Notes under the pieces: model-generated | Told to the model about the DNA's origin: nothing | What the model saw: only the letters and a program-made list of their open reading frames with translations | The model's database searches: none | Source: Candidatus Omnitrophota bacterium | GTDB taxonomy: Bacteria > Ratteibacteria > UBA8468 > MWAK01 | Reading direction: 5' to 3' | Assembly (NCBI GenBank): GCA_043826355.1 | Contig: JBDRQI010000001.1 | Span: forward strand, 32,001 to 96,000 | DNA: 64,000 bases | Part shown: piece after piece, positions 9,463-22,494 of the stretch | Layout: each line of letters starts with the position of its first letter | Numbering within the stretch: the stretch's first letter is position 1 | Translations under genes and position numbers: made by a program

Positions 9463-10251
9463 ATGGATATTTTTATGTCTATCTTCGCGTTTGTGCTGGG
9501 CGCGGTATTTGGCAGTTTTCTTAATGTCTGCATCTACCGGCTACCCAGAAGTTTTTCCATCGTAAAGCCGGGTTCTTATTGTCCCAGCTGCCGCAAACCG
9601 ATTGAGTGGTTTGATAATATCCCTTTCTTCGGTTATCTGGTTTTGCGCGGCCGCTGCCGGCGCTGTCACAAAAAAATAAGCCCGCGGTACGTCCTGGTAG
9701 AACTATTGACCGCGTCCCTTTTTCTGGCCCTTTACCTCCGATTCGGGCTTTCGGCTTCCTTCTTTATCTTCGGGCTTTTTATTCTGGGGCTGATTCTGGT
9801 TACCTTCATTGACTTGGAGCATTATCTGATTCCGGACCTGGTGGTCTATCCCGGCATCGTGCTGGGTCTCCTCTTTAATTTCTTTTTTCCGCAGATGGCA
9901 TTATCCGCCAGCCCGTTATTTGCCTTGAAAGAAGCGGCTATCGGTGTTTTAGTGGGCGGCGGTTCTCTTTACCTTATTGCCCTGGTTGGCCAACTTGTGC
10001 TCAAAAAGGAAGCGATGGGCGGCGGCGACATTAAACTGCTGGCGATGATCGGCGCATTCTTAGGCTGGAAAGCCGTTTTGGTGAGCATCTTTTTCGGCTC
10101 GCTTATCGGCGCCGTCGTCAGCATTCTGTTGATCTTTATCGGCCTGAAGAAAAGAACCGATTACATTCCTTTTGGTCCTTACCTTTCGCTGGGAGGGGTA
10201 ATCGCGCTTTTTTATAAGGGCAGCATCTTCTTAGGCTATTATCAAATTTAA
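9463..10251 (+). CDS. pilD: Prepilin peptidase (A24 family)
   Basis: GSFLNVCIYRLP, two CxxC motifs, FIDLEH and MGGGDIKL. Confidence 0.93.
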   Translation: MDIFMSIFAFVLGAVFGSFLNVCIYRLPRSFSIVKPGSYCPSCRKPIEWFDNIPFFGYLVLRGRCRRCHKKISPRYVLVELLTASLFLALYLRFGLSASFFIFGLFILGLILVTFIDLEHYLIPDLVVYPGIVLGLLFNFFFPQMALSASPLFALKEAAIGVLVGGGSLYLIALVGQLVLKKEAMGGGDIKLLAMIGAFLGWKAVLVSIFFGSLIGAVVSILLIFIGLKKRTDYIPFGPYLSLGGVIALFYKGSIFLGYYQI

Positions 10252-10268
10252 TACATTAATTGCTTTTT

Positions 10269-10385
10269 TGGGACGCAGATGTGCGCAGAAACAACTGGAG
10301 AATGCAAAATCATAATTTTAAATATTTTTCTAAAAAATTTTAAGTTATTTTTATCGGCGGTAATCTGCGAAAATTCGCGTCCTAT
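10269..10385. repeat. Inverted repeat pair GGACGCAGAT..CGCAGA / TCTGCG..CGCGTCC around an AT-rich spacer
   Basis: gggacgcagatgtgcgcaga ... atctgcgaaaattcgcgtcc. Confidence 0.5.
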
Positions 10386-10392
10386 TTAATTT

Positions 10393-12438
10393 ATGTCAGG
10401 CTGGAACCTGTCGGTACGCTACATCAAGGGTGTCGGCCAGAAGAGAGCCGAAATTCTCCAGAAAGTCGGCATTGAAAACTTTTTTGACCTTCTTTATTAT
10501 TTTCCCCGCCGTTACGAAGACCGTAACCGGATCGGCAAAATTTCCCAGGCAGTGCCCGGCGAGAACGTAACCGTGCGGGCCGAAGTTCTTACTGCCGGGC
10601 AGAAAAACGGTTACCGGGGGAAACGTATCTTTACCGTGGCTGTAAACGACGGCACCGGGATTCTTTTCGCCACCTTTTTTAACCAGCCCTATCTTCAGGA
10701 TACCTTTAAACCCGGGAAGGAAGTTATGCTTTTCGGGCGGTTGGAAATTTACAAGGGTGAGAGGCAGATGATCCATCCGGCATTTGAAATTATCGGCGGC
10801 GAGGAATCCGGGCCAGGGGAAACCGGCCGAATCGTCGCCCTTTACCGGGTTCCCGAAGGTTTGAGCCAGCGCAGTTTTCACCAGATTATCTGGACGGCCC
10901 TGGAGAAGACTGGTGATTATCCCAAAGAGGTTGTTCCGTTTTTAATCAGGGAAAATCTGAATTTGGGTAATTTGTGCTATGCTCTTAAGAATATTCATTT
11001 TCCCGCCAGTTTCGTTGACCTGAAGAAAGCGCGGGAATATTTGATATTCGAAGAGTTTTTCCTGCTGACTGCGGCTATGTTTAGACACCGCATGCAGACC
11101 GCCCGCTTAAAGAAAAATGCAGGGGAGGGGCTGTGTCCCCTCCCGGATTTTTTAACCCGTTTTCAGAATCTCCTTCCTTTTTCCCTGAGCGAAAGCCAGC
11201 AGACTGCTCTGGGTGAAATTATAACCGACCTGCAAAAACCGTTTCCGATGCAGCGGCTGTTGACCGGCGAAGTTGGTTCCGGCAAGACGGCCTGTGCCGC
11301 CGGCGCCATCTTTTATACGATACTTTCCGGCGGCCAGGCCGCGCTTCTGGCGCCGACGGAAATCCTGGCCGAGCAGCACTTCCTGACTTTTCAGCGCATT
11401 TTTGCCCGGGCCGGTTGCGAGGTTGCGCTTCTGGTGAACGCAGTCACTAAAAAAGATAAGGATAGAATCAAAAAAGAGCTGGCGGCCGGGAAGATATCGC
11501 TGGTAATCGGTACCCACAGCCTTCTTTCGGAGAAACTGAACTTTACTTCCCTTTCGCTTGCGGTTATCGACGAAGAGCATAAATTCGGCGTTAACCAGCG
11601 GGACCTCCTCGGCGAAAAAGGGAAGGGCGTCCACGTTCTGCTGATGAGCGCCACGCCCATTCCCCGGACCCTCGCGCTTACCCTTTACGGCGGACTTTCC
11701 CTGAGCAATCTTTCGGAACGGGGTCAGCGCAAGGTAGCCACCTATCTCTTTCAAAAAGATGAGCGGGACTCTGCCTATCGGCTCTTTGACACGCTTGTGC
11801 AGCAGGGAAAGTCCGGCTATGTCGTTACCAGCCGTTTGAAAAAGAGCGAGGGATTAATCGGCGCCCAACCGCTCTTCGAAGAGATATCCGACCGATTTCC
11901 GCACTGGAACCCGGCCTTGATCTACGGAGGCCTCTCCCTGCCGGAGAAGGAGAAGGCGATTGATGGATTCCGCAGCGGCAAATATAGGGTGTTGGTAGCC
12001 ACCTCGGTGGTGGAGGTGGGGCTTGATCTGCCGGAGGCAGACATCCTGATGGTGGAAGACGCCGAGCGTTTCGGCCTGTCGCAACTGCACCAGATGCGCG
12101 GCCGCATCGGTCGTAAGTTCCAGGACGCCCTTTGCCTGGTTATCGGAGACGCAGAGTCTGAAACAGGCGCGGAAAGGTTAAATCTTTTCGCTTCTATTAA
12201 TCAGGGAGAGCAGTTGGCGGAAGACGACCTGGTCTTGCGGGGCGAGGGCGAGGTCTTGGGCGAGCGCCAGCACGGTCTGCCGCCGCTGCGCATCGCAAAC
12301 TTACGGAGAGACCTGAAGTTACTGCAGGTTGCGCGCGATTCCGTCCAGGAAATACTTTCAAAAGACCCGAATCTCGTTTCCCATCCGGAGCTTTCTCTTC
12401 GTCTCCAGATGCAGGATATGCGGAATAATAAAACGTAG
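10393..12438 (+). CDS. recG: ATP-dependent DNA helicase RecG
   Basis: Wedge domain, GEVGSGKT, DEEH, SATPIPRTL and QMRGRIGR motifs. Confidence 0.95.
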   Translation: MSGWNLSVRYIKGVGQKRAEILQKVGIENFFDLLYYFPRRYEDRNRIGKISQAVPGENVTVRAEVLTAGQKNGYRGKRIFTVAVNDGTGILFATFFNQPYLQDTFKPGKEVMLFGRLEIYKGERQMIHPAFEIIGGEESGPGETGRIVALYRVPEGLSQRSFHQIIWTALEKTGDYPKEVVPFLIRENLNLGNLCYALKNIHFPASFVDLKKAREYLIFEEFFLLTAAMFRHRMQTARLKKNAGEGLCPLPDFLTRFQNLLPFSLSESQQTALGEIITDLQKPFPMQRLLTGEVGSGKTACAAGAIFYTILSGGQAALLAPTEILAEQHFLTFQRIFARAGCEVALLVNAVTKKDKDRIKKELAAGKISLVIGTHSLLSEKLNFTSLSLAVIDEEHKFGVNQRDLLGEKGKGVHVLLMSATPIPRTLALTLYGGLSLSNLSERGQRKVATYLFQKDERDSAYRLFDTLVQQGKSGYVVTSRLKKSEGLIGAQPLFEEISDRFPHWNPALIYGGLSLPEKEKAIDGFRSGKYRVLVATSVVEVGLDLPEADILMVEDAERFGLSQLHQMRGRIGRKFQDALCLVIGDAESETGAERLNLFASINQGEQLAEDDLVLRGEGEVLGERQHGLPPLRIANLRRDLKLLQVARDSVQEILSKDPNLVSHPELSLRLQMQDMRNNKT

Positions 12439-12485
12439 GGGCGCCATTTATGGCGCCCGCGGATCGGATAAATCCGACCCCTACA
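12435..12485. repeat. GTAG REP doublet (REPIN-like)
   Basis: gtaggggcgccatttatggcgcccgcggatcggataaatccgacccctaca; its GTAG supplies the recG stop. Confidence 0.85.
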
Positions 12486-12491
12486 TAAAAC

Positions 12492-13166
12492 ATGAACCCT
12501 AAAAAAGATTTGCTAATCCTGATTCCGGCCTGCAATGAAGCCCGGTTTATCGCAGAGGTAGTTAAAGGGTCTGCGCCGTACGCGGCTGAGGTGGCGGTGG
12601 TTGACGACGGGTCCACTGACGCTACCGGAGAGGTTGCCGGGTCAGCCGGCGCTACGGTTATCCGGCATCCAGTGAATAAGGGTAAGGGCGCTGCACTTCA
12701 GGCGGGTTTCAACTACGCTTTTGACCGGGGGTATCAGACGGTCCTGACCATGGACGGGGACGGCCAGCACCGGTCGGAAGATATTCCTTTGCTTCTGGAG
12801 CGTTACCAAAAATCCGGCGTCGGTATGGTGGTCGGCTGCCGGCCGCGGAGCCTTAAAAATATGCCGCTGGACCGATTTGTCACCAACTGGTTTACATCGG
12901 CGCTGGTCTCTTTCCTGGCCCGGCAGAGGGTACAGGACAGCCAGAGCGGTTTTCGGGTTATGGATGTAAGAATTGTACCGTCGCTCTTGTTTTCCACCAG
13001 CCATTTTGACACCGAATCGGAGATTCTGGTTGATGCAAGCCGCGCCGGATTTAAGATTACAGAAGCGCCGATTCAAACCGTTTACGGTAGCGAAAAGAGC
13101 AAACAGAATCCCGTGCGCGACACCATCCGGTTCTTCCGTTTCTTCTTCCGCCGGCTTTTTAAATAG
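12492..13166 (+). CDS. Glycosyltransferase family 2 (DPM-synthase-like)
   Basis: IPACNE, VVDDGSTD, NKGKG, MDGDGQH and DSQSGFR motifs. Confidence 0.9.
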   Translation: MNPKKDLLILIPACNEARFIAEVVKGSAPYAAEVAVVDDGSTDATGEVAGSAGATVIRHPVNKGKGAALQAGFNYAFDRGYQTVLTMDGDGQHRSEDIPLLLERYQKSGVGMVVGCRPRSLKNMPLDRFVTNWFTSALVSFLARQRVQDSQSGFRVMDVRIVPSLLFSTSHFDTESEILVDASRAGFKITEAPIQTVYGSEKSKQNPVRDTIRFFRFFFRRLFK

Positions 13167-13269
13167 AAATGTTCCTAATGCAGGGGAGGGGTTACGCCCC
13201 CCTTCCGCCAGAGGCGGACTTTCAGCCTGTGGGCGGGGTTCTTCGCTTATTGCGTTTGCATCAAGTTCT

Positions 13270-14223
13270 ATGTCTCAATTAGATTTCAGCAAAGCCCGCG
13301 AGCAAATGGTTAAAGAGCACCTTGCCGGCCGGGAGATAAAAGACCCGGCGGTTCTCTCTGCGTTTCGCCGTGTTCCCCGGGAAAGGTTTGTGCCGCCGGA
13401 ATATCAGAACGATGCTTACGGAGATTTTCCGCTGCCCATCGGCTTTGACCAGACCATCAGCCAGCCCTATATCGTCGCCCTGATGATAGAGGCGCTTTCG
13501 CTGACAAAGAGCGGTAAGGTTCTGGAAATCGGTACCGGGAGCGGCTACCAGACCGCACTTCTGGCGGAAATCGCCTCTGCTGTCTATTCCGTTGAACGGA
13601 TATCGGAACTGGCGCAGCGGGCAAGGGAAATTTTGAAGGAACTCGGTTATAATAATGTCAGAGTTAAAATAGATGACGGGACACAGGGTTTGCCGGAACA
13701 CCAACCCTATGATGCGATTATCGTCAGCGCGGCTGCAGAGGAGGTTCCGCCGGGTCTTTTGAGACAGTTGGCTTTTAACGGCCGGATGGTCATTCCGGTC
13801 GGCAGTCTCTGGGAACAGGAATTGATTCTTTACCGGAAGACGAAATCCGGCATCGTTTCCCAAAATCTGGGCGGTGTCCGGTTTGTCCCCCTTATACCCT
13901 CAACCCGTCGGGGAGAGGGTATAAGGGGGACAGAAATGGTTAAACAATTAAAGCGTCTGCATCTTTATATCTCCGGTTATGTCCAGGGGGTCGGTTTTCG
14001 CTGGCACGCGGAGAGAATTGCCCGGCGCATCAGCGGTGTTACCGGTTTTGTGCGCAACCTGGACGACGGTCGGGTTGAGGTTGTGGTTGAGGGCGACGAG
14101 GCGCTTCTGCATCAGTTCAAAAAAGGGCTGGAAGAAGGTGTTTTGAGCCGGAACATTGAACACGTTGAAACTATTGACGAACCATACACCGGCAAATTTT
14201 CCGATTTTTCCATCACTTTTTAA
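13270..14223 (+). CDS. pcm: Protein-L-isoaspartate O-methyltransferase continuing in frame into an acylphosphatase (internal ATG at 13936)
   Basis: QTISQP, LEIGTGSGYQ and RFVPL, then GYVQGVGFR and VRNLDDGRVE; no stop between them. Confidence 0.85.
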   Translation: MSQLDFSKAREQMVKEHLAGREIKDPAVLSAFRRVPRERFVPPEYQNDAYGDFPLPIGFDQTISQPYIVALMIEALSLTKSGKVLEIGTGSGYQTALLAEIASAVYSVERISELAQRAREILKELGYNNVRVKIDDGTQGLPEHQPYDAIIVSAAAEEVPPGLLRQLAFNGRMVIPVGSLWEQELILYRKTKSGIVSQNLGGVRFVPLIPSTRRGEGIRGTEMVKQLKRLHLYISGYVQGVGFRWHAERIARRISGVTGFVRNLDDGRVEVVVEGDEALLHQFKKGLEEGVLSRNIEHVETIDEPYTGKFSDFSITF

Positions 14224-14224
14224 C

Positions 14225-14345
14225 TGTAGGGGTCGGATTTATCCGACCCGGCACCGAAATTATAGGCGGGTTCCCTTTCCAACGCTCTGGAAAGGGGCGC
14301 GATTCATCGCGCCCGAAAAAGCTTGTAGGGGATTTATCGAACCCG
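14225..14345. repeat. REP cluster left of RAYT
   Basis: tgtaggggtcggatttatccgacccg, ggggcgcgattcatcgcgccc and tgtaggggatttatcgaacccg. Confidence 0.85.
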
Positions 14346-14367
14346 AAAAAAACGTGTTGAACTGTAT

Positions 14368-14799
14368 ATGAACAATTTGCCCAAACGCAAGGAAATTCGT
14401 TTGAAAAACTACGATTATTCTTCAAACGGCTACTATTTTGTGACCATTTGTACTAATAACAAGCAGCCCTTTATAGAGAAACACAGAAAAGTAATTGAGA
14501 AAACTTTGCTAAGTCTTCCCGTAAGATTTCCCGGTGTAACTCTTGATTACTATTGCCTGATGTCCACCCATCTTCATATGATTTTAATTCTTGATAAGGT
14601 TAAAGTTACTTTATCCCAGATAGTGCGAACTTTCAAAGCCTTGGTGACCAAAATCACCGAAGAAAAATCCCTTTGGCAGCGGAATTATTATGAACACGTG
14701 GTAAGGACAGAAAAAGCATTATCCAAAATTCAGGAATATATTCAGAACAATCCTTTGGTAGAACGAATAAAGTTTGAGCAGTTTTATGAAGCGGGTTGA
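14368..14799 (+). mobile_element. REP-associated tyrosine transposase (RAYT/TnpA-REP, Y1 HUH)
   Basis: RKEIRLKNYDYS, YFVTICT, HUH motif HLH, WQRNYYEHVVR and YIQNNP; flanked by GTAG REPs. Confidence 0.9.
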
Positions 14800-14854
14800 G
14801 AACGACACTCGTCCCTGCCATACGCCGAAGAATAGAAGTGGGTTAATTACTGGC

Positions 14855-14880
14855 CGGGTTCGATAAATCGAACCCCTACA
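14855..14880 (-). repeat. REP right of RAYT (inverted)
   Basis: cgggttcgataaatcgaacccctaca. Confidence 0.85.
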
Positions 14881-14893
14881 ATTATAGAATAAT

Positions 14894-15301
14894 ATGGAAA
14901 CGATACAGGTCAGGACCAGAAGCAGGCAGGAGTTCGTGGATATTACCCGGGAGGTCAGGGAAAAGGTCCGGAAGATGGGCTGGCAGGACGGCGCACTCTT
15001 TATCTTTGTGCCGCACACTACCGCCGGCATCTTTATCAACGAGCACGCAGACCCGGACGTGGCGGAAGACGTTTTGGCTCTCGCTGGCCGGATTGTCCCG
15101 GACCAATTTCCCTATCGGCACTCGGAAGGCAACAGCCCGGCGCACGTCAAGTCGGTCCTGTTTAACAATTCGCTTTACGTAATTTTGGAAAAAGGCGACC
15201 TGGTCCTGGGGACCTGGCAGGGCATATTTTTTGCGGAGTTTGACGGCCCAAGGAACAGAGAGGTGTATTTGAAGTTTATTTCCGGCGGAGGACAAGGATG
15301 A
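14894..15301 (+). CDS. YjbQ family (UPF0047) protein
   Basis: PHTTAG, INEHADPDV, HSEGNSPAHVK, LGTWQGIFFAEFDGPR. Confidence 0.92.
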   Translation: METIQVRTRSRQEFVDITREVREKVRKMGWQDGALFIFVPHTTAGIFINEHADPDVAEDVLALAGRIVPDQFPYRHSEGNSPAHVKSVLFNNSLYVILEKGDLVLGTWQGIFFAEFDGPRNREVYLKFISGGGQG

Positions 15302-15603
15302 AAGCAGAAAACATTGACTTAAACAAGAAGATTAAATTTTCCAAAGGCGGGATTGTAAGCAAAGTCATTGCCGAAGGAAAGGAATCAGAAATTTCTCTCT
15401 TCTGTATGGCCAGGGGAACCGTTATGTCCGAGCACACCTCCGGCCGGGAGGCAACGGTTCTGGTTTTGAAAGGGAAAGGCACTTTTAATCTTGCCGGTAA
15501 AGACCTGGCGCTTGCGCCCGGGGTTCTTGTTTTCATGCCGGCCAAGACCAGGCACAGCCTGGCGGCCGAAGAAAACCTGGCATTTTTGCTGTATCTGGCA
15601 TAA
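15298..15603 (+). CDS. Cupin domain protein
   Basis: SEHT and MPAKTRHSL cupin-like motifs. Confidence 0.8.
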   Translation: MKAENIDLNKKIKFSKGGIVSKVIAEGKESEISLFCMARGTVMSEHTSGREATVLVLKGKGTFNLAGKDLALAPGVLVFMPAKTRHSLAAEENLAFLLYLA

Positions 15604-15610
15604 GCGATAA

Positions 15611-17746
<2,136 letters not shown>

Positions 17747-17821
17747 AATTTCTCCCCCTTTTGCGCCGGAGGCGCACTCGCCTCTGGCGAGGAGGAGGGA
17801 GGTGTAGGTGGGGGTGGTAAC

Positions 17822-18433
17822 ATGCTGAAAGTAAAGACGATAGCAGTAGGTTTTTTGGGCACAAACTGTTATCTGGCAGTAGACCCGGAGACCAACCAGG
17901 GTATTATCATTGACCCGGGCGCCGACAGGGAGAAGATATTGAAGGCGGTTGACCGCAGCGGCGCGGTATTTACCGCTGTAATCAATACGCACGGCCATTT
18001 TGACCATATCGCCGCCGATATCATAAAGACAGAACTGGGAGTTCCTCTCTTAATCCACAAATTGGATATGCCCAGGTTTAAGAACGGGTTGGCCGACCAG
18101 ATGCTGCTGCTTGGTTTCGGCCCGCCCGAAGAGATGCCGGAGCCGGATAAGTTCCTGAAGGAAGGCGACGAAATCAGGGTAGGAAACGAAAAACTCGTTG
18201 TTTGGCATACGCCCGGTCACACGCCCGGCGGAATCTCTCTTTTGGGAAAAGGTCTGGTCTTTACCGGGGACACACTCTTCTGCGAGGGTGTGGGCCGGAC
18301 CGATTTGGACGGCGGCAGCGACGAGGATTTAAACAGGTCTCTGGAGCGTCTTCTCCGTCTGCCCGGTGAGATAGTTGTCTATCCGGGACACGGAACGGCT
18401 TCCACCATAGAGCACGAAAGACCCACGATTTAA
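17822..18433 (+). CDS. MBL-fold metallo-hydrolase (glyoxalase II-like)
   Basis: THGHFDH, TPGHTPG, FTGDTLF and YPGHG. Confidence 0.9.
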   Translation: MLKVKTIAVGFLGTNCYLAVDPETNQGIIIDPGADREKILKAVDRSGAVFTAVINTHGHFDHIAADIIKTELGVPLLIHKLDMPRFKNGLADQMLLLGFGPPEEMPEPDKFLKEGDEIRVGNEKLVVWHTPGHTPGGISLLGKGLVFTGDTLFCEGVGRTDLDGGSDEDLNRSLERLLRLPGEIVVYPGHGTASTIEHERPTI

Positions 18434-18437
18434 TCAC

Positions 18438-19310
18438 ATGACAAACACCCATCTTACAAAAATAGAAAAATTTTCAGGTTACCTGCTGACCGAACGCGGC
18501 CTGAGCAAAAATACGGTTATGGCTTACCGCCGCGACCTGGAGAAACTTTACGCATTTCTGGAAAAGGAGAATCTAAAAATTTCCGGCCTGACCTACCCGA
18601 TCTTTACTTCATTCCTGATGGAGATGCGCCGGACCCTTTCGCCTGTTTCCTGCGCCCGGACGATGGCGGCGATATCCACCTTTCTGAAGTTCCAACTCCA
18701 GGAGGGGAATTTAAAGAAACATCCCTTGCCTGACCTGGAAAGTCCCCGGCTGGAGAAGAACCTGCCGGAGGTTCTATCCGTCAAAGAAATGGAAGCGCTC
18801 CTGTCTGCGCCCGGCGACTCACCCGCTGGAATCAGAGATAAGGCAATTCTGGAACTTCTCTACGCCACCGGAATGCGGGTCAGCGAACTGGCCGGCTTGA
18901 AAACAGAGGACGTAAATTTGGAAGAAAAACTGCTGCGGGTGAAAGGAAAGGGGAATAAAGAGCGTCTTATTCCCTTCGGCGAACCGGCAGCAAGGGCTGT
19001 CCGGAAGTACCTGGAAATCCGTCCGGCGGTTTGCGAAAACCTGTTTTTGAGCCGGCAGAAAAAGTTGTTGAGCCGGCAGTCGGTCTGGAAGGTTATCCGC
19101 AAGGCGGCCCTGACCGCCGGCCTGTCTAAAAATATCTATCCGCACATCCTGCGCCATTCGTTTGCGACGCACCTTCTGGAAGCCGGCGCCGGTATCCGCA
19201 CCGTTCAGGAACTGTTGGGCCACCAGAGTTTGGCCACCACCCAGATTTACACGCATCTGGACCAAAGCCGGCTCAAAGAGATACATACCAAATATCATCC
19301 GAGACCCTGA
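18438..19310 (+). CDS. xerD: Site-specific tyrosine recombinase, XerD-like
   Basis: LLYATGMRVSEL, GKGNKER, HILRHSFATHLL, LLGH and TTQIYTH. Confidence 0.8.
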   Translation: MTNTHLTKIEKFSGYLLTERGLSKNTVMAYRRDLEKLYAFLEKENLKISGLTYPIFTSFLMEMRRTLSPVSCARTMAAISTFLKFQLQEGNLKKHPLPDLESPRLEKNLPEVLSVKEMEALLSAPGDSPAGIRDKAILELLYATGMRVSELAGLKTEDVNLEEKLLRVKGKGNKERLIPFGEPAARAVRKYLEIRPAVCENLFLSRQKKLLSRQSVWKVIRKAALTAGLSKNIYPHILRHSFATHLLEAGAGIRTVQELLGHQSLATTQIYTHLDQSRLKEIHTKYHPRP

Positions 19311-20194
19311 TGCGAAAATTATTACTGATATCGCTATTTTGGATTTTATTGGCGCTGCCCGTTTCGGCCGAGACCTGGTACTTTGCGGTGGTGGGCGATA
19401 CGCAGGGGACGAACCTTGCCGAGCCGGTATCTCCCGTCTTCGATAAAATAATCGAGAAGGTGAACGAACTTAAACCTGATTTTCTGGTTCACCTGGGCGA
19501 TAAGGTTTCCGGTTCCGGTAACCCGGAAATTTTAAAGAAGCAGTTTTTAATCTATCGGCAGAAAACGGCAGCGCTTGCCCTGCCTCTTTACGAGGTTCCG
19601 GGCAACCACGACCTGCCGAATAAAGATTGTTATCCGATTTACCGGGAGGTTATTTCTCCGCAGCGCTACTACTCTTTTAACCATAAAGGCTGTCACTTCG
19701 TGGTCTTGAGCAGCGAGGAGAATCCTGGAGTGAACGGTGGTTTGGGTAAAGAGCAGTTGACCTGGCTGGAGGAAGACCTTAAGGAACACGCCGGTCAGCC
19801 CGTATTTACTTTTATGCACCGGCCTCTTTATCGGGGAATAATCCATCCGTATAATTTGGCGGACGCCGGAAACCTGGAGCGGGTTTTGCAGCGTTATAAA
19901 GTCAAGTATCTGTTTGCCGGGCACGAACACCGCTTTGGCATCAGCCACCAGGGCGGAATGGTGGAGTACATCAGCGGCGGCGGCGGAGCGCCTCTGCTCA
20001 ATTTTTCCGAAGAGAGCGGCGGTTTTTACCACTTTCTGCTGGTCAAGGTTGAAGACGGTAAGCCGGAAGTGGATTTCATCAAGATTGACCATCCCAAGAC
20101 CTATCAAGATTTCCGCGGCCTCTGGAAGGCTTTTCAATACCTTCGCGACGTTTCTGAACAGGACAAGAAGGGGGAAGGCGGAGAATTTCCGTAA
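19310..20194 (+). CDS. Exported metallophosphoesterase
   Basis: Signal peptide; GD, GD, GNHD and GHEH motifs. Confidence 0.85.
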   Translation: MRKLLLISLFWILLALPVSAETWYFAVVGDTQGTNLAEPVSPVFDKIIEKVNELKPDFLVHLGDKVSGSGNPEILKKQFLIYRQKTAALALPLYEVPGNHDLPNKDCYPIYREVISPQRYYSFNHKGCHFVVLSSEENPGVNGGLGKEQLTWLEEDLKEHAGQPVFTFMHRPLYRGIIHPYNLADAGNLERVLQRYKVKYLFAGHEHRFGISHQGGMVEYISGGGGAPLLNFSEESGGFYHFLLVKVEDGKPEVDFIKIDHPKTYQDFRGLWKAFQYLRDVSEQDKKGEGGEFP

Positions 20195-20254
20195 AATCAG
20201 GGAGATTGAATTAGTTGTTAGATTTGAAGTATAATAATGATATGGGGCGGATAA

Positions 20255-21547
<1,293 letters not shown>

Positions 21548-21583
21548 ACGTTAATCCGTTGCGTATATTTTATAGGGCAGGGG

Positions 21584-22387
21584 CTATGTCCCCTCCCGCC
21601 ACTCACCCGTATTTCTCACCAACCGGATATATTCTTCCAGATTGATCGTTTCCGGGCGCCGGAGAGGGTCAATCCCGCTTCCGGTCAGAATTGATTTGGT
21701 TTGAATTTTGCTTATATCCAGGTATTTTGCCAGTTGGTTGAGGATAGTTTTCCGGCGCTGGCCGAAGACCGAATGGACCAATTTAGAAAATTCCCGGGTC
21801 TCTGCCGGCTCAAGCAGCGGTTTTAAGTGGGGGGAAATCCTTACCACCGCCGATTCCACCCTGGGCGGCGGCCGGAACGCGCCCTTTTTGATGATTTTAA
21901 CCAGTTCCACCCGGGCCAGTATACCTACCGACAGGGTAAGCGCTCCGTATTCTCTGGTGTCTGGTTTTGCGGCCAGCCGCTCCGCCACCTCCCGCTGGAT
22001 GGTCAGGACCATCATCTCCATTCTGGGAATAAGACCCAGGAGCAGGAAGATAAGGGGTGTCGTAAGATAATAGGGAATGTTGGCCACCACCTTGAAGTTT
22101 TCCAGTTTCTCCAGGCATTCCGGACCGACCTTCAGAAAATCGCCAACTACGATTTCCACGTTGGGAGCGGCGGAAAACTTTTTTCGGAGAGCGGGAATCA
22201 AATCGGTGTCAATCTCAAAAGCGACCACTTTCTTCGCTTTTTTTGCCAGTTCTTCCGTCAGGATGCCGGTTCCGGCTCCAATTTCCACCACAATATCCGC
22301 GGGTGTGACGGCGGCGAATTCGGCAACCCGGATGCCAATCTCCGGCCGGGTTAAAAAGTGTTGCCCCCACCTCTTTTTTGGTCTCAT
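21584..22387 (-). CDS. rsmA: 16S rRNA dimethyladenosine transferase
   Basis: GQHFL, EIGAGTG, ANIPYY and QREVAERL; start at MRPKK because the upstream extension is REP-derived. Confidence 0.95.
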   Translation of the reverse strand: MRPKKRWGQHFLTRPEIGIRVAEFAAVTPADIVVEIGAGTGILTEELAKKAKKVVAFEIDTDLIPALRKKFSAAPNVEIVVGDFLKVGPECLEKLENFKVVANIPYYLTTPLIFLLLGLIPRMEMMVLTIQREVAERLAAKPDTREYGALTLSVGILARVELVKIIKKGAFRPPPRVESAVVRISPHLKPLLEPAETREFSKLVHSVFGQRRKTILNQLAKYLDISKIQTKSILTGSGIDPLRRPETINLEEYIRLVRNTGEWREGT

Positions 22388-22442
22388 CCCATCCGTTTTC
22401 GCCAAAAGACTATGGCAGACACGGTGTAACCCCGCCCCTACA
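22388..22442. repeat. REP with nested palindrome between the divergent rsmA and pseudouridine synthase genes
   Basis: ttttcgccaaaagactatggcaga-cacggtgtaaccccgcccctaca matches the inverse of 15627-15675. Confidence 0.7.
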
Positions 22443-22494
22443 TTTTCAGTTGGTAGGCGCAGATTTGTCAAATCAGGTTATAATAGAGACCGAT

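Noticed and set aside
18438..19310. Tyrosine recombinase as a prophage, integron or island integrase
   Set aside because: XerD-like size and motifs, embedded among housekeeping genes; no att sites, cassettes or phage genes.
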